Shown: one piece after another, positions 17,023-27,212 of the stretch
How the letters are laid out: each line of letters begins with the position of its first letter
How positions within the stretch are numbered: position 1 is the stretch's first letter
Source of the DNA: an uncultured Desulfobacterales bacterium
Lineage (GTDB): Bacteria > Desulfobacterota > Dissulfuribacteria > Dissulfuribacterales > S140-46
Assembly: GCA_964620365.1 (NCBI GenBank)
Contig: CAZUIH010000002.1
Coordinates: 1,598 to 65,597, forward strand
Reading direction: 5' to 3'
DNA length: 64,000 bases
Position numbers and translations under genes: made by a program
The notes under the pieces: generated by a model
The model's database searches: none
Seen by the model: only the letters and a program-made list of their open reading frames with translations
What the model was told of the DNA's origin: nothing

Positions 17023-17826
17023 ATGCATGAAAATGGCAGATCTTCTTCATTCAGCTTTTTTTCATTCGATTTGTTTACACATTACAACCGACTATTGATC
17101 AAATCAAACAACGATTATTCAATAAATAGCATGAAAGGGTTATCGAGCAAAAGAGGAGATGTCACATGTGACCGGCTAGACAAGTGGCATTTGAAGGTGC
17201 TTCAGCCTAAAAATGGATACAGGTTTTCAATAGACGCGCTGTTATTAGCCGATTTCGTAAGGCTAAAAAAGAAAGACGCACTGCTCGAACTCGGCACAGG
17301 GTGCGGCGTTGTTTCGTTGATACTGGCCAGGCGATTCCCTGAAATAGATATAACTGCCATTGAAATACAGCCTGATCTTGCGGCTATTGCCCAGAGGAAT
17401 GTTTCCCTGAACTGTCTATCACAACAAATAGATATCCTGGAAGGGGACATAAACAATATCCAGGGCCTCATCAAGGCGGGTACCTTTGGGCATGTAGCAG
17501 TTAATCCGCCATACCGTTCTCCTTCGAGTGGCAGAATCTGCCTGGAATCACAGGAGGCCCTGGCACGGCATGAAATACTTGTCAACCTGGAAAAAATCCT
17601 GGACGCTGCCAGGTACGGACTCAGGCCGGGCGGTCGCATAAGTCTTATTTATCCTGCTGACAGATTGGCTCACCTCATCAGCTCGATGCGTTCGGCACGC
17701 CTGGAACCCAAACGGCTACAACTGATCCATCCCGGTCCAAATTCACAGGCCCGCTTGGCATTGGTTGAAGGATGCAAAGATGCCGGTGAGGAACTGAGCA
17801 TTCTGCCTCCCCTTTTTCTGAACTGA
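17023..17826 (+). CDS. SAM-dependent N6-adenine methyltransferase, tRNA1(Val) m6A37 TrmN6/YfiC-like
   Basis: SAM motif LELGTGCG and catalytic NPPY (VNPPYR). The true start may be ATG 17131. Confidence 0.7.
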   Translation: MHENGRSSSFSFFSFDLFTHYNRLLIKSNNDYSINSMKGLSSKRGDVTCDRLDKWHLKVLQPKNGYRFSIDALLLADFVRLKKKDALLELGTGCGVVSLILARRFPEIDITAIEIQPDLAAIAQRNVSLNCLSQQIDILEGDINNIQGLIKAGTFGHVAVNPPYRSPSSGRICLESQEALARHEILVNLEKILDAARYGLRPGGRISLIYPADRLAHLISSMRSARLEPKRLQLIHPGPNSQARLALVEGCKDAGEELSILPPLFLN

Positions 17827-17854
17827 GCAACAGGCAAGATTTCTCACTGTCCGT

Positions 17855-18361
17855 CTATTTTTTTTTCCTGGAGCAAGACTTTAAATAAAGCCTCTTGAAA
17901 GACTCTCTGAGTTCCTGGTCCTCCATGGACTTAAACAATTCATCTGCCTTGGCCAGGTCATCCTCTGAGCAGGACGCCAGATGACCTTCTTTTTTGCCTT
18001 TTTCATCCCTCTCTTTCAATATAAAAGAGGCCCTTGTCCTTTCGATGTCACCAAGCCTGAATTTTATGTCTTTTATTTGGGATTCTTCCGGAAGCAGGTC
18101 ATTGAATCTCTTGATCAGTACAGTCTTCTGCATGTACAACTGATGCATCCAGACCGAGTCGGATACCACTATAATAAGGGTATCCCCCTCCATGAACCTG
18201 AGCGGCCACGCATGTACGGACACTGAAGGTCCTGCTATCTCCTCCCATAATGACCATATTTGGACCCTGGAAAACTTTTTTGACCAACCCTTTTTACGGG
18301 CCATCCTGGCAAGGATGTCAGACAGGCTATCTATTCTCCTATAATCGTTATGCCTGGTCAT
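17855..18361 (-). CDS. DUF721 (DciA-like) protein
   Basis: WEEIAGPSVSVHAWPLRFMEGDTLIIVVSDSVWMHQL matches the DUF721 pattern as recalled. Confidence 0.6.
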   Translation of the reverse strand: MTRHNDYRRIDSLSDILARMARKKGWSKKFSRVQIWSLWEEIAGPSVSVHAWPLRFMEGDTLIIVVSDSVWMHQLYMQKTVLIKRFNDLLPEESQIKDIKFRLGDIERTRASFILKERDEKGKKEGHLASCSEDDLAKADELFKSMEDQELRESFKRLYLKSCSRKKK

Positions 18362-18454
18362 TTACCAACCCGGTAAATATAACATTGGCTGGAGCTGAAC
18401 AAACGGCATTTTCCCCTCCACAGGACATAACTTATGTGAGGATACATATAGTTA

Positions 18455-19816
18455 TCAAATCGCAATTTCCTGGGCAAGCTTATAACCGTTAGCCACGCAA
18501 TCGTTAAGACTCACACCACCAACCCAGTTACACCTCACATAAAGAGACCCGAATTTTTTTAAAGAAGCGGCAAGCTCTTTTTCCAACTTCCCGTGCCCTA
18601 TGTTGTATTGAGGTATTGCCTCTTTCCACTTGTAAATCCGGACGAATTCAGGCTCTTTTTTAAGACCGACAAGATCTCTGAGCTCTTTTTGGACTAGATG
18701 GGCAAGAGATTCATCATCCAGCTCTGCTAGCCTGGGGGCCCTAGCCCCCCCTACAAGGGACCTCAAAAGCGCGTAGCCGTTAGGGGCCCTGCCAGAAAAT
18801 ATCGAGGAATCCCAGAGTGTGCCCAGAATCTTTCTCCTTTCACATCCGGGACACAGGAAACCAAAGCCGTTCAGGCTGGACGCCACAGAATCGGTACGGA
18901 CCCCAAAACAGACCACCGATACCGGCGGATAATATATCTTGGAGGCCAGGTGCGAGATTTCAGGGACATTCCCTTCAAGGATTTTGGCCGCTGACGGGGC
19001 CGGACATGAAAGCACTACATGGGTGGCCTCAAAGATATCCCCACTTTCTGTGACTACCTGCCAAATAGATCCTTTTTTCTCTAAATGTTTCACCCGTTGC
19101 CCCAGATGGAGATCCTTTTTAAGAGCTGTGCTAAGGGCCTCTGTCAGCTCGCTCATGCCTTGTGTAAATGAAGTAAGGGTTCCCCCTGGCCCTGCTCCCG
19201 GACCTTTCCCGCCTTTTTTCCTGGCCTCTTGCTGGAGCCGCAGCATGGCCCTTATGAGACTGCCATAGTCCCTTTCAAGTTCATGTATCCGTGGAAAACA
19301 GCTTTTCAATGAAAGTTTTTCAGGATCACCTGCATAGATTCCCGTGGCCATGGGGTCTATCAGCCATTTAAACGCGTCATTTCCAAGCCTTCTTCGGGCA
19401 AAATCAGCAAGAGACTCATCCTTGTCCATGTCTCCCTTCGGAATGAAGGGCTCCATAAGTACCCTCAATCGACCAAAAGGAGACAAAAGAGAGGAGAACA
19501 AAAACGAAGGAGGAGATTCTGGTAACGGCTCCAAGACACCTTTTTTAACCACAAACCTCTTCCGTGCGGCATCGTTACTGCGCAAGGGAGCTAATCCCAG
19601 GGACTTGGCGAGATTTAGCGTGGATGGCTTGTTGTCAAGTACGCCGTTTACCCCTCTTTCGCACAGGAATCCTCCTTCCTTGTCTGTCCATGCCTTTCCT
19701 CCCGCCCTTTTTTCCGCCTCCAAAACCACAACTTCCCAGCCTGGTTTCATCTCCTTTAGAAACTTGGCAAAGGAAAGCCCGGACATACCGCCTCCAATAA
19801 CGACTACACGAGCCAT
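18455..19816 (-). CDS. hemY: FAD-dependent protoporphyrinogen/coproporphyrinogen III oxidase (HemY type)
   Basis: N-terminal VVVIGGGMSGLS dinucleotide fold; 453 aa. Overlaps hemH by 13 nt. Confidence 0.85.
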   Translation of the reverse strand: MARVVVIGGGMSGLSFAKFLKEMKPGWEVVVLEAEKRAGGKAWTDKEGGFLCERGVNGVLDNKPSTLNLAKSLGLAPLRSNDAARKRFVVKKGVLEPLPESPPSFLFSSLLSPFGRLRVLMEPFIPKGDMDKDESLADFARRRLGNDAFKWLIDPMATGIYAGDPEKLSLKSCFPRIHELERDYGSLIRAMLRLQQEARKKGGKGPGAGPGGTLTSFTQGMSELTEALSTALKKDLHLGQRVKHLEKKGSIWQVVTESGDIFEATHVVLSCPAPSAAKILEGNVPEISHLASKIYYPPVSVVCFGVRTDSVASSLNGFGFLCPGCERRKILGTLWDSSIFSGRAPNGYALLRSLVGGARAPRLAELDDESLAHLVQKELRDLVGLKKEPEFVRIYKWKEAIPQYNIGHGKLEKELAASLKKFGSLYVRCNWVGGVSLNDCVANGYKLAQEIAI

Positions 19817-20814
19817 CTTACCTCCTTGAGCTTGGAAGCTGCGAGATCATAAAGGGCGTCCAAAAAAACGGGATCATCGTTCAGGGCTGGAGCCCTGAAA
19901 AGCTGCACCCCTTCATTTCTCATCATCTCACCATAGAGCATGTCAATCTCATAGAGGGTTTCCACATGGTCAGACACAAAACTGATGGGTAAAACTACGA
20001 TTCTTTTTTTCCCTTTACGCGCAAGTTCCATCAAAAGATGATCTGTCGCTGGTTCCAGCCATTCCACCGGTCCGCTTCTGCTCTGAAAACACAAGACTCC
20101 CTTTACTCCAGTCACTGCCTCTAGTCCTTCAATTGTGCGTTCCAGATGCCTGACATAGAGATCACCCTCTTCGATCATCTTTTTGGGAAGGCTGTGGGCG
20201 CTATAAACCAGGGCAAAGTCTGGGGAATGATGACAGGTTTCAGGATCCAATCCGGCCAACTCTATTCCCTTTAACACCGTACCTGCCAGACTTTTTACAT
20301 ATCCCGAATGGTCGGGGAAACTTTCCACGACAGCCGTCTCCAACCCCAATCTCTTTGCACTCACTTGAAAATCATTGATCGACGAGCCACTGGTTGCCCG
20401 GCTGTAATGTGGATAAAGAGATACCGCCAGGACCTTCCTGATCCCTTGGTTACGCAACTCCGCCAGGACATCCGGAGTCCTGGGATGGTAATAACGCATA
20501 CCGACTTTGCAGGGGACGTGGACACCGAGATTATTTTCAAACCTTTGTCTGACCCCGTCTGCCTGGGACAGGGTTATAGGAGTAAGGGGGCTTTTTCCAC
20601 CAATCTTCTTATAACATTCCCTACTTTTTGGGGCCCTTTTTTTGGCTATAAACCACGCTATGGGACGTTGCAAAAAAGCAGGTCCCAACCTGATTATCTC
20701 CCTGTCGGAAAAAAGCTGATAAAGAAAGGGCCGCACTGCTTCGAGCGAGTCCGGCCCTCCCATATTTAAAAACAAAATTCCAAAATCAGGATGACAGTTC
20801 ATGTACCAGATCAA
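19804..20814 (-). CDS. hemH: ferrochelatase
   Basis: 336 aa. Motifs YSAHSLP and SFVSDHVETL. Confidence 0.9.
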   Translation of the reverse strand: MIWYMNCHPDFGILFLNMGGPDSLEAVRPFLYQLFSDREIIRLGPAFLQRPIAWFIAKKRAPKSRECYKKIGGKSPLTPITLSQADGVRQRFENNLGVHVPCKVGMRYYHPRTPDVLAELRNQGIRKVLAVSLYPHYSRATSGSSINDFQVSAKRLGLETAVVESFPDHSGYVKSLAGTVLKGIELAGLDPETCHHSPDFALVYSAHSLPKKMIEEGDLYVRHLERTIEGLEAVTGVKGVLCFQSRSGPVEWLEPATDHLLMELARKGKKRIVVLPISFVSDHVETLYEIDMLYGEMMRNEGVQLFRAPALNDDPVFLDALYDLAASKLKEVRWLV

Positions 20815-21811
20815 CCAAAAGCTTTGCCTTCTCCGGCGGGATTTCAGGTAATATCCCGTGACCCAGGTTAAATATGTGGCCCTTGGCCTTTTTACCCTGA
20901 TCCAGGATGCCAGCCACCTTTTGCCTAAGCTGCTCTTCCGTCATAAACAGGGCACATGGGTCAAGATTTCCCTGAAAGACAACCTGATCTCCCAGGATGG
21001 ACAAAGCAGTATCTATTTCAGTCCGCCAATCCAGGCCTATAACGTCAGGACAAAGGGCACCAACTGATTCTAGAAGGTGGCCCCCATTCAATACAAAATA
21101 TATGCGTGGTATGGACCTTTCCTTTAGACTATCCAAAATCCTGGCCACATAGGGCGCCACGAACTTTTCATAATCAGCGCGGGAAAGTATTCCAGCCCAG
21201 GTATCGAACACCTGTACAGCCTGGACCCCTGCATCTATCTGGGCCGATAGATAAGCTATAGTTACTTCAGTGACAAGGTCCATCAGATCGGAATAAAGAT
21301 CAGGGGATTCATACATCATGCGCTTTGTATTAACAAAGTTTTTTGATGATCCCCCCTCTATCATGTAGGTGGCAAGGGTAAATGGTGCACCTGAAAACCC
21401 TATCAAAGGCACCTTGTCTTTTAACTCTCTTCTCAGTATCCGCACGGTTTCCAATACGAAAGGGACATCAGATTCAGGTTCAATGGAAGACAATCTCTTG
21501 AGTAAAGAACGAGATCTGATGGGCGGGTCCAAGATAGGTCCCTTTCCCTCTGAAAAAGAAAGACGTAACCCCATTGGCTCCAACGGGATCAAAATATCCG
21601 AAAACAATATCGCTGCATCAACACCGAGAACATCGACCGGCTGAATGGTAACCTCAGCCGCCAGCTCTGGCGTTTTACAAAGGGTCAAAAAATCTGTTCT
21701 CCCCCTGACAGCTTGATATGCAGGAAGATATCGTCCCGCCTGGCGCATAAGCCAGACCGGCACCGGATGAACTTTTTCTCCTCTGCAGGCCCTCAAAAAC
21801 GCGTCATTCAT
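20786..21811 (-). CDS. hemE: uroporphyrinogen decarboxylase
   Basis: PVWLMRQAGRYLPAY signature; 341 aa. Confidence 0.9.
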   Translation of the reverse strand: MNDAFLRACRGEKVHPVPVWLMRQAGRYLPAYQAVRGRTDFLTLCKTPELAAEVTIQPVDVLGVDAAILFSDILIPLEPMGLRLSFSEGKGPILDPPIRSRSLLKRLSSIEPESDVPFVLETVRILRRELKDKVPLIGFSGAPFTLATYMIEGGSSKNFVNTKRMMYESPDLYSDLMDLVTEVTIAYLSAQIDAGVQAVQVFDTWAGILSRADYEKFVAPYVARILDSLKERSIPRIYFVLNGGHLLESVGALCPDVIGLDWRTEIDTALSILGDQVVFQGNLDPCALFMTEEQLRQKVAGILDQGKKAKGHIFNLGHGILPEIPPEKAKLLVDLVHELSS

Positions 21812-21833
21812 CCCTAGTGAACCTCCTCCTTCC

Positions 21834-22907
21834 TCAAGAGGAACTCTTTTCCTCTAACCGCCGGGGGATATAGCTGCAAAACGGCTCTTCTGCAAGATAA
21901 TCTCCCCGTACCGCATAAGCTCTAGCCCTACACCCGCCGCAAACTCTTATATATTCACAAGCTCCACACTTTCCCTTGTATCCTGCAAAGTCCCTCAGCT
22001 CCTTGAAAAGAGAACTGTTTTCCCAGATGTACTTCAGGGACTGTTCTTTGATATTACCTGCTGATACAGGGAAATAACTGCATGGAAGAACGTTGCCATC
22101 AACGTCTATCAATACAATCAACTGACCTGCAAGACACCCTTTGGCACCACCTGTTGAAAATTTAAGGGTGCGGTGGGCCACCTTGCCACCTTCCTCCTTG
22201 GCCTTTTGAAGCCTGATGCGATAATAGTGAGGCGCACAGGTGGGCCTTACAAGCAGATCTTCCTCGCCTTTTTCCATCTCATAATGCCAACCCAGGAGCG
22301 ACTCATAATCCTCTGGACTGATCAGCTCCTCAAGGATGTCTTCTCCCCTGCCTGTGGGAACTATCATGAACATGTACCAGGCCGTTGCTCCCAATTCCTT
22401 GGCCAGCCTGTAAACCCTTGGAATCTCCTCCTGATTCCTCTTGGTAAAAGAGGAATTTATCAGGAAATCTATCCCGTGTTCCTTGAACAGCCTGGCTGCC
22501 CGCACGGTTCCTTCGAAGGCCCCTGGCTGCTGCCTGAAATCGTCGTGGACCTTGGAGGTGGATCCGTCGAGACTCAAGGATACCATCTTTATTCCGGCTT
22601 CCTTGATGTTTTTACATACCTCCGGCGTTACAAGGGTACCATTGGTGGCAAGGCACATCCTGAACCCCTTACTGGTACCGTAATTGGCGATATCAAACAC
22701 GTCCTTTCTCAGTAGGGGCTCGCCTCCCGAAAGCACGATCACGGGGCTCGCAAAAGTGCCAATGTCGTCCAGAATCCGGTAGGCTTCTTCTGTAGGAAAA
22801 TCCGGATGGCCCTTAGCTTCCATTTCAGAAGAGGACCTGCAGTGAACACAATGCAGGTTACATCTTCTCGTAATCTCCCATGCTATCCATTTGAGTTCAA
22901 AATCCAT
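21834..22907 (-). CDS. radical SAM/SPASM protein of the AhbD/NirJ type (candidate haem b synthase)
   Basis: CNLHCVHC (CX3CX2C), FMIVPTGRG, and a C-terminal [18 protein letters not shown]...PFCSY auxiliary-cluster region. First gene of the hemE-hemH-hemY operon. Confidence 0.65.
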   Translation of the reverse strand: MDFELKWIAWEITRRCNLHCVHCRSSSEMEAKGHPDFPTEEAYRILDDIGTFASPVIVLSGGEPLLRKDVFDIANYGTSKGFRMCLATNGTLVTPEVCKNIKEAGIKMVSLSLDGSTSKVHDDFRQQPGAFEGTVRAARLFKEHGIDFLINSSFTKRNQEEIPRVYRLAKELGATAWYMFMIVPTGRGEDILEELISPEDYESLLGWHYEMEKGEEDLLVRPTCAPHYYRIRLQKAKEEGGKVAHRTLKFSTGGAKGCLAGQLIVLIDVDGNVLPCSYFPVSAGNIKEQSLKYIWENSSLFKELRDFAGYKGKCGACEYIRVCGGCRARAYAVRGDYLAEEPFCSYIPRRLEEKSSS

Positions 22908-22961
22908 AGAGGCAAACTACCATTTAGTACTATTTGTGGCAATCCCAAAGTAACACAAGGG

Positions 22962-23117
22962 AACCTCTTAAGACCGCCCTTTTGCCCGATGATCGCGTTG
23001 CTCGCAGGCGAAAAATGCTCACTTACCCAAGAGTATGCCGCGCTTTCGGGTTTGTTAACTTGACTCAGCGCACTCCCACTCCCTTGGAGTGCATTCATTA
23101 CAGCGCCTCCTCGCGCC
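22962..23117. repeat. family-2 repeat, copy 1
   Basis: Roughly two-thirds identical by eye to 52966..53076. Shared blocks are CTTA.GA..GCCCTTTT, GCGTTGCTCG, AAAAT.CT.AC, CGCGCTT, AGTGCATT and CCTCGCGC. This copy carries an extra insertion of about 45 nt. Confidence 0.5.
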
Positions 23118-23205
23118 TTACTTCTAGAAAAAAATCTAATTTTTAGAGGGTCTTACCAGTACAACTTGTGATTAAAAATATCCTCCTCCCTGTGACCATT
23201 TTAAG

Positions 23206-24111
23206 TCAGAGGTCGGATGGCAGATCCTTTATAAAAGTCACAAATTCCTGGGCCAGGGGAGAAAGGGTTCTTCTCCTGTTTGTGACCAGATAAAATTTTC
23301 GTGAAAGGTCAACGCCCTCAAGCAAGGAGAAGGATAACAGTCCATGGCTGACATCATCTGCCACGGCCCTCCTGGATATTATGGCCAACCCCACACCCGC
23401 CTTTACGGCCTGCCGGACCGATTCAGTGCTTCCCATTTCCGCTACTACGTGCAAATAGTCAACACCAGGAAATCCGGCCTCTTTAAACGCGTGTTCAGTA
23501 GCCATCCTTGTACCGGAGCCCTTTTCCCTCACTATGAAAGGCTCTGAGGCGATTTCCGAAAGTCTTACCGATGATGAGCCAAAAAACCTGTGTCCTCTAG
23601 GCACCACCAGGACCAGTTCATCATCAAAACAGGGCTCAAAAAACAGTCCAGTTTTTTTAATCACGGCCCCTACCATTCCAAGCTCAACATCCCCATTCTG
23701 GACCTGGTCGGTAATAGATGATGTGTCTCCTATGCGAAGGGTCACGTGGGCATCAGGCCTCCCTTTTTTGAAATCACCAATCAGCCTGGGGAGTAAGTAC
23801 TGACCGGGGATATTGCTCCCCCCGACATCGAGTTCCCCTTTGCCGCCCTCTAAAAAGGCGGCCATCTCCCTTTCCGCCCTGTCTGATATTTTCAGTATTT
23901 CCCTGGCAAAGGGATACAGTCGCTCTCCCGCCTTGGTAGGCACAACTTCCTTGCCGGACCTGTCGAAAAGCTTGGTACCAAGCCCTTCCTCCAGTCCCTT
24001 TATATGTCCACTGACAGTAGGTTGAGTAAGAAAAACCTTTTTTGCCGCTTTGCTGAAACTTCGCGTCTTCCATACTGCCACAAAAACCTGAAGCTGGCGT
24101 ATATCTAACAA
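23206..24111 (-). CDS. LysR-family transcriptional regulator
   Basis: N-terminal HTH FSKAAKKVFLTQPTVSGHIKGLE plus a LysR substrate-binding domain; 301 aa. Confidence 0.9.
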   Translation of the reverse strand: MLDIRQLQVFVAVWKTRSFSKAAKKVFLTQPTVSGHIKGLEEGLGTKLFDRSGKEVVPTKAGERLYPFAREILKISDRAEREMAAFLEGGKGELDVGGSNIPGQYLLPRLIGDFKKGRPDAHVTLRIGDTSSITDQVQNGDVELGMVGAVIKKTGLFFEPCFDDELVLVVPRGHRFFGSSSVRLSEIASEPFIVREKGSGTRMATEHAFKEAGFPGVDYLHVVAEMGSTESVRQAVKAGVGLAIISRRAVADDVSHGLLSFSLLEGVDLSRKFYLVTNRRRTLSPLAQEFVTFIKDLPSDL

Positions 24112-24316
24112 TGGAGCCCCCTAAAAAATAGAGTAGCCATATTTTATCCTACATATAAGCATAAACTTCAATTCAAATTTTTTTATATAGCATATCCAAG
24201 GCCCGAAACTGTGCTATAATACGCTGTTAAAAAAATTATAACACTTATAGCAACCGGGCACTTAACATGATTTTTTTCACAAAAAAGTTTTGCTAAAAAA
24301 TCAATATAGGCTAAAA

Positions 24317-24336
24317 TTTTGCGGCCTTGCGCAAAA
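24317..24336. promoter_or_regulatory. inverted repeat TTTTGCG-N6-CGCAAAA upstream of the cytochrome/MCP genes (possible operator)
   Basis: Perfect 7 bp arms, 31 nt upstream of ATG 24367, in the LysR-divergent intergenic region. Confidence 0.25.
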
Positions 24337-24366
24337 TCACGAAATAACAGGGAGGGGAGATCGTCC

Positions 24367-24879
24367 ATGCCGGATTTTATCAGATCAGAATCGAGAGTAA
24401 CTGCTCCACTTTCGCTGTACTTTGCCATGACAATAGCTATCATTATTGGGCTTGGAACGGGTTGCCGGGACTCGGCGTGGGGAAAGGAACCTAGGTATGT
24501 GGGCACAAAGGTATGCGCAGAATGTCATGAAGGTCCTTATAACAATTTCACACAATTTGCGAAAAAGGCAAATTCCTTCAAGGCAGTTGAGAAGATGAAG
24601 GACGGACTCACTAATGACGAACTTAGGCAATGTTACACATGTCATACCACTGGCTACAATAAGCCAGGGGGGTTTGTCAGCGAAGAAAAAACTCCAGATA
24701 TGAAAAACACGGGATGTGAGGTATGCCACGGTCCCGGATCGATACATGCAGAAAGCGGAGATCCAAATGATATCAAGGGAAAAGGCAAAATGGATCTAAC
24801 TATCTGTAAACAGTGCCATACCGATGAAAAAGTAGCCGCCTTCAACTTCAAGCCTCTTCTTCACGGCGGAGCCCACTAG
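24367..24879 (+). CDS. periplasmic tetrahaem cytochrome c
   Basis: ATG 24367 follows GGGAGGGGAG. There is a signal/anchor segment and four CxxCH motifs (CAECH, CYTCH, CEVCH, CKQCH). Confidence 0.8.
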   Translation: MPDFIRSESRVTAPLSLYFAMTIAIIIGLGTGCRDSAWGKEPRYVGTKVCAECHEGPYNNFTQFAKKANSFKAVEKMKDGLTNDELRQCYTCHTTGYNKPGGFVSEEKTPDMKNTGCEVCHGPGSIHAESGDPNDIKGKGKMDLTICKQCHTDEKVAAFNFKPLLHGGAH

Positions 24880-24888
24880 GAGGTAAAT

Positions 24889-26655
24889 ATGTCTTTTGAT
24901 TGGTTACCAAAACCTAAAGGAATTGGAATCAGGATACTGCTTCCCACCGTCTTCTTCTTTATTGCCGGCACCGTATCTATGCTGGCTTTGCATTACTGGG
25001 CAATGAAAAATTTAGCCGATGCCAACAATGTTGAGCAGGCGGATATGCTTCTTGACTCCGTTCGCGCAGCTATCAACAAGCCCATGACAGAAGGAGATGA
25101 CAAGGCTATCCGCCACATTGTCGAAGATCTCAGGAAGTACGCGGACGTCTTCCTGATTGACAATAAGGGTGTAGTCACCTATGCGCCCTCACCTGAAATG
25201 TCGGGGAAAAACATTTGGTCCCTTGTGGATACCACGCTTAAAGAACAGGGGAACCTGGCCCTCCAGGGCAAAGGTTCCTTTGAAGAACCTATAATAAAGG
25301 TCTTAAAGAATGGGGATGAAGGCCATATTTTAGGTTTTGAGGCAATAAAAAATGAAGCATCATGTCAACACTGCCACGGGAAGAAAAGAAAGATATTGGG
25401 CGCAATCATAGTAAGGCATGACATATCGGACATAGTTCAAATCGAGAAAAAGAGTAACTATCTGTTCATGGGAATCGCAGTGGGGGCATTGGCCATAGTA
25501 ATTCCGACATTAATATTGATCCTCAATATCGTCGCCATCCGCCCAATAAGAGAACTTGCCCTCAGAATGAAAAATCTCTCTACAGGAGAAGCCGATTTAA
25601 CCCAGAAGCTGGATGTCAAAGCCATTGACTGTGCAGGAATAATGAAATGCAATGCACCAGAATGCCCGAGCTATGGCAAAGAGTCACATTGCTGGCAGGA
25701 AGTGGGAAGTTTCTCCCAAGAGACACGCTGCGTTAAGCTCCAAAGCGGCGAACACAAAAGTTGTGAAGATTGTATAGTCTTTGAGGAGGCAATCAAGACA
25801 GAGGTGGACGAGGTATCCACATTTTTCAATGCATTTATCTGCCGAGTTAGAGACCTGATCGCAAAGGTCATGAAAAATGCGGAACAATTAAGTGTTGAAG
25901 CAATTCAGGTAAAAAAAGAGGCAGAACACATGGAAAACCTGGCGGAAGAAGCACGATCTGAATCCAGGGAGGTGACACAGTCGGCTGAAAATACCAATCA
26001 TATGGTTGCTGGTGTCGCTGCCGCCATGGAGGAGATGACTGCCACCATTTCTGAAATCGCGCAAAACACCGACGAGGCGCGACGAGTAGCCCTGGAGGCA
26101 AATCAAGAGGCACAAAACGCACGTGATGTCATAGAAAGTCTGTTAAAATCCGCATCAAAAATAGGGGAAGTAAGCAAACTAATAGGTTCAATCGCAGAAC
26201 AGACCAATCTACTCGCCCTGAACGCCACCATAGAAGCTGCCCGTGCGGGTGAAGCGGGCAAGGGTTTTGCCGTCGTAGCCAACGAAGTGAAAGAATTGGC
26301 ATCACAAACAGGCGAATCAGTCACTGAAATTGATGAAATAGTATCCACACTTCAAAACGAAGCAAAACGCGCCACAGAAGCGGTGCAACACATAGTAGAG
26401 GTTATCCAAAGGGAGGCTGAACTTTCCGATAGCGTGGCGGTAGCCGTGGAGGAGCAGACTGCCACTACAAACGAAATCAGCAGTAATGCCCAAAACGCGA
26501 GCCAGGAAGTATCTCAAATGGCAGAAAAGAGTCAGACCATTTACCAAGCAAGCTCCAATAACCTGGAGGGGGCGCAAAAGGCCAGAGAGGCGGCAGATCG
26601 CCTGGAAAAGCTCTTTCAGGAACTGAAATGCCTTTTACAGGAATTCAAAATATAA
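24889..26655 (+). CDS. methyl-accepting chemotaxis protein with a periplasmic haem c motif and a cytoplasmic Cys-rich module
   Basis: Two TM segments. CQHCH lies in the periplasmic domain. Signalling hairpin [35 protein letters not shown]. Cys-rich insert [23 protein letters not shown]...C...C..C. Confidence 0.9.
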   Translation: MSFDWLPKPKGIGIRILLPTVFFFIAGTVSMLALHYWAMKNLADANNVEQADMLLDSVRAAINKPMTEGDDKAIRHIVEDLRKYADVFLIDNKGVVTYAPSPEMSGKNIWSLVDTTLKEQGNLALQGKGSFEEPIIKVLKNGDEGHILGFEAIKNEASCQHCHGKKRKILGAIIVRHDISDIVQIEKKSNYLFMGIAVGALAIVIPTLILILNIVAIRPIRELALRMKNLSTGEADLTQKLDVKAIDCAGIMKCNAPECPSYGKESHCWQEVGSFSQETRCVKLQSGEHKSCEDCIVFEEAIKTEVDEVSTFFNAFICRVRDLIAKVMKNAEQLSVEAIQVKKEAEHMENLAEEARSESREVTQSAENTNHMVAGVAAAMEEMTATISEIAQNTDEARRVALEANQEAQNARDVIESLLKSASKIGEVSKLIGSIAEQTNLLALNATIEAARAGEAGKGFAVVANEVKELASQTGESVTEIDEIVSTLQNEAKRATEAVQHIVEVIQREAELSDSVAVAVEEQTATTNEISSNAQNASQEVSQMAEKSQTIYQASSNNLEGAQKAREAADRLEKLFQELKCLLQEFKI

Positions 26656-26659
26656 CGAC

Positions 26660-26695
26660 AAAAAGGGCGTGCGGATTTCACACGCCCTTTTTTAT
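26660..26695. terminator. bidirectional rho-independent terminator (MCP / rubrerythrin)
   Basis: AAAAAGGGCGTG-CGGATTTCA-CACGCCCTTTTTT, with A/T runs on both sides. Confidence 0.8.
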
Positions 26696-26696
26696 A

Positions 26697-27212
26697 TCAC
26701 TCTATCTCTACAAATTTAGAACCGGGAGTTGAGCATACCCTGCATTTTTCCGGTGCATTCCCTTCAACCGTGTAACCACATACCGGACATACCAAAATAT
26801 CCCCGGCCGGGGCATCCATTCCTTCCTTAACGTACATCAAGGCACGCTCGAAAAGGGCCGCATGCACCTTCTCGGCTTCATTGGCATAAAAGAAAGATGT
26901 GTGGGCATCTTTGTCTCCCTCTTTTCTGGCTACTTCCAACATGTCAGGATACATGGTCTTAAACTCATAGCTCTCACCATGTATGGCTGCCAGGACGTTC
27001 TCCTCCGTAGTTTTAATCCCACCCATGGCCTTTAATTGATTAAGGGCGTGTACTGTTTCCGCCTTGGCGGCCGCCCTAAACATCTTACCGATCTGGCAAA
27101 ATCCATCGTCATCGGCCTTTTCTGCAAAAGCAAGGTATCTCCTGTTGGCCTGAGATTCTCCAGCAAAGGCATCTTCCAACATTTCCTTTGATTTGCTCAT
27201 AGAGCCCTCCAT
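26697..27212 (-). CDS. rubrerythrin
   Basis: Ferritin-like di-iron region (ESQANRRYLAFA, EKVHAALF) plus a C-terminal rubredoxin-like CPVCG...CRVC. Confidence 0.9.
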   Translation of the reverse strand: MEGSMSKSKEMLEDAFAGESQANRRYLAFAEKADDDGFCQIGKMFRAAAKAETVHALNQLKAMGGIKTTEENVLAAIHGESYEFKTMYPDMLEVARKEGDKDAHTSFFYANEAEKVHAALFERALMYVKEGMDAPAGDILVCPVCGYTVEGNAPEKCRVCSTPGSKFVEIE

